Assembly: GCA_035292625.1 (NCBI GenBank)
Contig: DATDPS010000056.1
Coordinates: forward strand, 12,250 to 76,249
Direction of reading: 5' to 3'
Length of the DNA: 64,000 nt
Source: Lysobacterales bacterium
GTDB taxonomy: Bacteria; Pseudomonadota; Gammaproteobacteria; Xanthomonadales; SZUA-36
Shown: positions 59,826-64,000 of the stretch, one piece after another
Layout: each line of letters begins with the position of its first letter
Position numbering within the stretch: position 1 is the first letter of the stretch
Made by a program: the position numbers and the translations under genes
Notes under the pieces: model-generated
The model's input: the letters and a program-made list of their open reading frames with translations, nothing else
Told to the model about the DNA's origin: nothing
Database searches by the model: none

Positions 59826-60757
59826 CACTGCCCCTCCCCGCTGGTGACCTGGCGGAATACCTCGTCCAGCCTGCCGGCCTCGAAACGCAGCTCGTGCACC
59901 TCCCATCGATGTTGGCGGATGCAGTCGGAAATTTCTTCGAACAAGGCCGCGCCTGCGAGCGGGAATACGGTCAATTCACCATCCCGGATTTCGACCTTGC
60001 GGGCCTGTGGCAACTCGCTCAACACGCTGGCCGCGCGTTCCGGCTGGTCAACCACCAGGGTGACCGCATTATGGTATTTGGACCGGCGCAGCAAACCCCG
60101 CGGTGAATCATCCACCAGCAAACGGCCATCCGCGATGATCATGGCCCGGTTGCACAGCGCATGCACCTCCTCGAGCACGTGGGTGGATATGACGATGATC
60201 TTGTCGGCGGACATCTCGCGGATCAGGCCGCGCACTTCATGTTTCTGATTGGGGTCCAGGCCATCGGTGGGCTCATCCAGGATCAGCACCGCCGGGTCGT
60301 GAAGAATGGCCTGGGCCAGTCCAACCCGGCGCTTGAACCCTTTGGAAAGAGTTTCAATGGTTTGCCCGGAAACATGCTCCAGGTTGAGACGTTCCATGGC
60401 GGAGCCCGCCGCTTTGACGACTTCGCCACTGCTGAATCCCCTGGCCCTAGCAATGAATTGCAGGAATTGGCGAACCGTCATTTCACCGTAGGCGGGGGCG
60501 CCCTCGGGCAGGTAGCCCATGCAACGCCTGGCAGCCAGGGAGTCGGTAACGATATCGTGTCCATTTATCAAGGCCGTGCCAGATGTTGGCGCCAGGAAGC
60601 CGGTCAACATTTTCATGGTCGTGGACTTGCCTGCGCCGTTGGGTCCGAGAAAACCCAGCACTTCGCCCGCTTCGATCCTGAAATCCAGGTCCCTGACTGC
60701 TACCAGTTTGCCGTAGCGCCTGGTCAATGCCCGTGCTTCGATCCTGACTTCACTCAT
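59825..60757 (-). CDS. ABC transporter ATP-binding protein (GldA-like)
   Basis: Walker A GPNGAGKST, signature LSKGFKRR, and Walker B LILDEPTDGLD. Confidence 0.9.
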   Translation of the reverse strand: MSEVRIEARALTRRYGKLVAVRDLDFRIEAGEVLGFLGPNGAGKSTTMKMLTGFLAPTSGTALINGHDIVTDSLAARRCMGYLPEGAPAYGEMTVRQFLQFIARARGFSSGEVVKAAGSAMERLNLEHVSGQTIETLSKGFKRRVGLAQAILHDPAVLILDEPTDGLDPNQKHEVRGLIREMSADKIIVISTHVLEEVHALCNRAMIIADGRLLVDDSPRGLLRRSKYHNAVTLVVDQPERAASVLSELPQARKVEIRDGELTVFPLAGAALFEEISDCIRQHRWEVHELRFEAGRLDEVFRQVTSGEGQ

Positions 60758-61008
60758 GTGCTCTTACCTGTACGGTTGTTATGAAGAAAGCTGTTGATCC
60801 GCCTTTCCCTGACCACGAACCAGAGCTCGAATTTCAGGCCGGGGGGATTATATTTCAAGGTGGATCGCGAAGGGCAGAGGATTCCCGGTCCACATTGTAA
60901 CCTTGTCCGGGCAGGCCGTGGGGTCCCGGCAAACTATGACTTCTGCCACTGTCGCCAGGCACATTCCAGGTTCAGGCTTGCATGCACTGTTGAAAAGAGG
61001 AATTCCCG

Positions 61009-61248
61009 ATGAGCATGTGGACCGCCATCGTCATTATCGCCGTTGCGGCCATTATTGCGGAAGCCTATCGCCACCGCAGCAAGGACAAGTTGTCAAAAGC
61101 GGATCAACAGGCAATAGCCGCCATCAACCGGCGGCTGGATTCGGTCGAGTCGGACCTGCGCCAGAGGGTAGAAACTCTTGAGCGCATTGTGACCGACCGC
61201 AAGGAAGACCTCAGGCGGCAGTTCGACCACCTGGATAAAGCGGGATAG
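61009..61248 (+). CDS. Small single-pass membrane protein, PspB-like
   Basis: 79 aa with an N-terminal TM (WTAIVIIAVAAIIA) and then a charged helix (LSKADQQAIAAINRRLDSVESDLRQRVETLERIV). This resembles the layout of E. coli PspB (SQSEQQRLAQLADEAKRMRERIQALESIL). Confidence 0.45.
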   Translation: MSMWTAIVIIAVAAIIAEAYRHRSKDKLSKADQQAIAAINRRLDSVESDLRQRVETLERIVTDRKEDLRRQFDHLDKAG

Positions 61249-61261
61249 GGGGCAAGGGGCT

Positions 61262-61903
61262 TCAGATTTGTCCCAGCTCGAAAGCTTTCAATACCGCCCG
61301 GGTGCGATCGCGAACGCCCATTTTGGAGAGAATATTTGACACGTGGTTCTTGATGGTGCCTTCGGCCACGCCCAGCGAATTGGCGATTTCCTTGTTGCTG
61401 TAACCGCCGGCCATCAGGCGCAGTATTTCGGTCTCCCTTTCCGTGAGCGGATCCGGACGGTCCAGGCTGTAAAAATCAGTCTTGAGATTTTCCAGGCCCT
61501 TGAGCAAGCGCTGCGTGACGGCCGGTTTAACGATGGATCCGCCTTGAGCAACGGTCTTGATGGCGTTGACCAGCTCGTCCAGTGACACGTCCTTCAGCAA
61601 GTATCCGCGCGCACCTGCCTTTATGCCGGCGAGCACCAGTTCATCGTCGTCGAAGGTTGTCAGGATGATGGTTGGAGGCAAGGTTCCCGCGGCAGAAAGA
61701 GCCAACAAAACTTCCAGGCCCGACATTTCCGGCATGCGCATATCCAGCAATACCACGTCCGGCCTGACTTCGGGAATGGTGCGCACGGCTTCGCCGCCAT
61801 CGGCGGCTTCAGCAACAACTTCGATCTCCGCTGATAGTTCGAGCAGGCTGCGAACGCCTTTTCGCACCAGATTCTGGTCATCGACCAACATCACCTTGAT
61901 CAT
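61262..61903 (-). CDS. NarL/LuxR-family response regulator
   Basis: A receiver domain (IKVMLVDDQNLVRKG, VVLLDMRMPEMSG) plus a LuxR HTH (LTERETEILRLMAGGYSNKEIANSLGVAEGTIKNHVSNIL). Confidence 0.9.
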   Translation of the reverse strand: MIKVMLVDDQNLVRKGVRSLLELSAEIEVVAEAADGGEAVRTIPEVRPDVVLLDMRMPEMSGLEVLLALSAAGTLPPTIILTTFDDDELVLAGIKAGARGYLLKDVSLDELVNAIKTVAQGGSIVKPAVTQRLLKGLENLKTDFYSLDRPDPLTERETEILRLMAGGYSNKEIANSLGVAEGTIKNHVSNILSKMGVRDRTRAVLKAFELGQI

Positions 61904-63105
61904 GTCACTGCCTCCAGCGGCACCCAGGCATGCAGGGAAAATCCCGCGCCCGGGCTGGATTCTACCGCAAGTTCCCCACCCAGTTGTCGCAAGCGTTCGG
62001 CCATGCCGTTGAGGCCGTTACCCGCCACGACCTTGTCCACACCGCGCCCATCGTCGCGGGCGGTCATGGCAACGCCGTTTTCGTCCAGCAACAGGCGGAT
62101 CCAGAGATTGCGCGCCTGGGCGTGCCGCACGCTGTTGGTGATCATTTCCTGCGCGCAACGCAGCAGGATCTGCGCCCGTAAAGGATCTGTCATGGCCAAT
62201 TCCTGGGGCAGGTCAAGGTGAATGAGCGGCTCCGGCACGCCTTCCACCAGGGTGCGCAGGGCGGCCGCCAGGTCCACCTTGTCGTCGTCGCGCATGTCAC
62301 TGACCACTTCGCGCACATCGGCCAGCAACAACCTGGCCAGCGAATGGGCCTGTTGCACATGCTCCAGCGCCTTTCCCTGCACCAGGTGCGTTACCACTTC
62401 CAGGTTCAGTGTCAATGCGGTGAGGTGATGACCCACCAGGTCGTGCAGCTCGCGTGCTATGCGCACCCGTTCGGCAATCCGTGTATTTTCAGCCAACAGG
62501 GCCTGGGTGGCTCGCAGCTCGGAATTTACCTTGCGCAATTCATCCCGTGCCGCATGCTGGCGCAGCGCCACGACTGAACTCATGAAGGCAAACAGCGAGA
62601 TTCCAAGGAACAATCCCGCGGTCAATGCCGCATCGGCAAACCGGACGCCGGGAATGGTGCTGATGGTCAGTGCCAGCAAGACATTCTGGCCTAGTAGCCA
62701 GCCCATTGCCGGAGCCATCGAGAGCATCCATGGAAGCAGGCCGGCAATGATGAGCAGCAGTATGCCGCCGAGACCTGACCGCGCCATCACGCTCACACCC
62801 AGCGCGCAGAATGTCAGTACCAGGACGATCAGCAGGCGATGCCAGAGTGGCGAACGAATGGGCAGTTCGCGCACCTGGTTCCAGTAGGTGAGGCCAAAAA
62901 TCAGGTGCAACACCCACCACCCGACGTAGTGTTCCCGGTCAAGCGGCGTGGCGGAGATGAATGGCATCAGCAAGAGGGGCACGGATGCGCAGATCCAGGT
63001 AAACAGACCCGCGTAGCGCAGCAGCTCCATGGGCTTGAATTGACTGGTCAGGAAAGTCGTTCTGCGCATTGCTTGAAGAACCCAGCCCTTGCCGTATGTG
63101 ATCAA
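61900..63105 (-). CDS. Sensor histidine kinase, HisKA_3 type, with polytopic N-terminal sensor
   Basis: About six TM helices, followed by the H-box IARELHDLVGHHLTAL and an ATPase domain (DDGRGV, GNGLNGMAERL). It overlaps the regulator start (ATGA-type coupling). Confidence 0.85.
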   Translation of the reverse strand: MITYGKGWVLQAMRRTTFLTSQFKPMELLRYAGLFTWICASVPLLLMPFISATPLDREHYVGWWVLHLIFGLTYWNQVRELPIRSPLWHRLLIVLVLTFCALGVSVMARSGLGGILLLIIAGLLPWMLSMAPAMGWLLGQNVLLALTISTIPGVRFADAALTAGLFLGISLFAFMSSVVALRQHAARDELRKVNSELRATQALLAENTRIAERVRIARELHDLVGHHLTALTLNLEVVTHLVQGKALEHVQQAHSLARLLLADVREVVSDMRDDDKVDLAAALRTLVEGVPEPLIHLDLPQELAMTDPLRAQILLRCAQEMITNSVRHAQARNLWIRLLLDENGVAMTARDDGRGVDKVVAGNGLNGMAERLRQLGGELAVESSPGAGFSLHAWVPLEAVT

Positions 63106-63167
63106 GTGAGTATATTAGGGAACCTCTTCCATGGACACCAAGGCAGGTTATCTATTTGGTTGGATCC

Positions 63168-63674
63168 ATGCCCCCCGCCGCAAGCAATGTGTTACGCCTG
63201 GCGGCGTATGATCACGAGCTGATTGCCTGCCTGCTTGCCAGATTTGGCATGGCGCTGGAGCTTGCCCCGGATGGCCTTCCCATCGAAGGGTCTTTCTGGG
63301 GTGACGAGGAAGCAGGACTGCTGGGCAACCGACTGCTGGCCCGGGGCGACACACCACTGCATTCAATCCTGCATGAAACCTGCCATTACGTTTGCATGGA
63401 CGCCACACGCCGCGCCGACCTGGATACCGATGCCAGCGGCGACTACGATGAGGAAAATGCAGTCTGTTACCTGCAAGTCCTGCTGGCCACAAGCCTGCCC
63501 GGTATTGGCCCGGAAGGCATGTTCCGCGATATGGACGCCTGGGGCTACAGCTTCCGGCTTGGCAGCGCGAAGCAATGGTTTGAGCAGGATGCGCAGGACG
63601 CCCGGCAGTGGCTGGTGCAGCATGAACTGATCACGCCATCGGGCGCTCCAACTTACCGCTTGAGAGAAAAATGA
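63168..63674 (+). CDS. Hypothetical protein with HExxH motif
   Basis: An ORF of about 168 aa (the track opens at TTG 63156, and an ATG lies at 63168). It contains SILHETCHYVCMD (HExxH). I recognise no family. Its stop overlaps the start of the downstream GNAT gene (ATGA). Confidence 0.45.
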   Translation: MPPAASNVLRLAAYDHELIACLLARFGMALELAPDGLPIEGSFWGDEEAGLLGNRLLARGDTPLHSILHETCHYVCMDATRRADLDTDASGDYDEENAVCYLQVLLATSLPGIGPEGMFRDMDAWGYSFRLGSAKQWFEQDAQDARQWLVQHELITPSGAPTYRLREK

Positions 63675-64000
63675 AAAAAACCTACCTGGTACCCGTGCTG
63701 GAGTCATCCCGCTTACGCTTGCGCCCCCTTTCGCTGGAAGACGCGCCGGCTGTGTTCGAGATCCATTCCGACCCGGAAACCCTCAAGTACTGGGGGCACG
63801 GCCGCATGGCCACCGAAGCGGAAGCCGCAAACCTGATCCGCGGCAACCTCGAGTGGGTGGAATCGGGCATGAGCATTTACTGGGCGATGGAATTTCTCAG
63901 CCGGCCAGGGCTGATCGGCACCTGCACCCTGTTCAAAATGGACGAGCAGAATCGTCGTGCCGAGGTGGGATATATCCTGAATCGGACGTTTTGGGGCCAG
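63671..64000 (+). CDS. GNAT-family N-acetyltransferase (RimJ/RimL-like), partial at window end
   Basis: MKKTYLVPVLESSRLRLRPLSLEDAPAVFEIHSDPETLKYW ... RAEVGYIL is a typical Acetyltransf_3 N-terminus. There is no stop before the window end, so it is absent from the ORF track. Confidence 0.75.
   Translation, partial: MKKTYLVPVLESSRLRLRPLSLEDAPAVFEIHSDPETLKYWGHGRMATEAEAANLIRGNLEWVESGMSIYWAMEFLSRPGLIGTCTLFKMDEQNRRAEVGYILNRTFWGQ

Noticed and set aside
60940-61008. A possible sigma54 (-24/-12) promoter in front of the PspB-like gene (GGTTCAGGCTTGCA).
   Set aside because: The GG-to-GC spacing is one nucleotide short of the TGGCAC-N5-TTGCA geometry, the -24 element is poor, and no PspF-like activator is nearby.

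Overview
This window looks like ordinary, densely packed core chromosome of a GC-rich (by eye) proteobacterium whose gene order resembles Gammaproteobacteria. I call about 65 CDS and 2 tRNAs. I saw no rRNA, IS element, integrase, prophage or CRISPR array. From left to right, the minus strand carries nuoL (partial) through nuoA, then tRNA-Leu(GAG), secG and tpiA. A small SDR/OsmC pair on the plus strand follows. Next comes pmbA with divergent yjgA, then a long same-strand minus block running tldD, yhdP, rng, maf, rlmH, rsfS, nadD, holA, lptE and leuS. After that come pgi, folK, pcnB, tRNA-Glu(CUC), fdxA, bamC-like, dapA, bcp, a PIN-PhoH2 gene, an AI-2E permease, an outer-membrane barrel and thiD. 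A translationally coupled dsrEFH/tusDCB plus dsrC/tusE cluster follows, then bepA. A phosphate module comes next: a Pho box, phoB, phoR, three tandem Pho boxes, a porin and ppx. It is followed by epmA, an OmpR-type two-component pair, and an orphan phoU with its own Pho box. The right end holds a GNAT-M15B fusion, a tightly coupled ABC-2/GldG/DUF4340/DUF423/alkA chain followed by a SecB-like gene, a PspB-like gene, a NarL-type two-component pair, and an HExxH protein coupled to a GNAT (partial). I found no obvious accessory or defence island. The most plausible under-characterised system is the coupled ABC-2/GldG/DUF4340 chain. Other points of interest are the Pho-regulon architecture (anchorless PhoR, phased Pho-box array, orphan phoU), the DsrEFHC-like sulfur relay with a two-Cys DsrC, and the rlmH|maf junction that lacks both mrdAB and mreBCD. 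All homology statements come from reading the translations by eye and have not been checked against any database.
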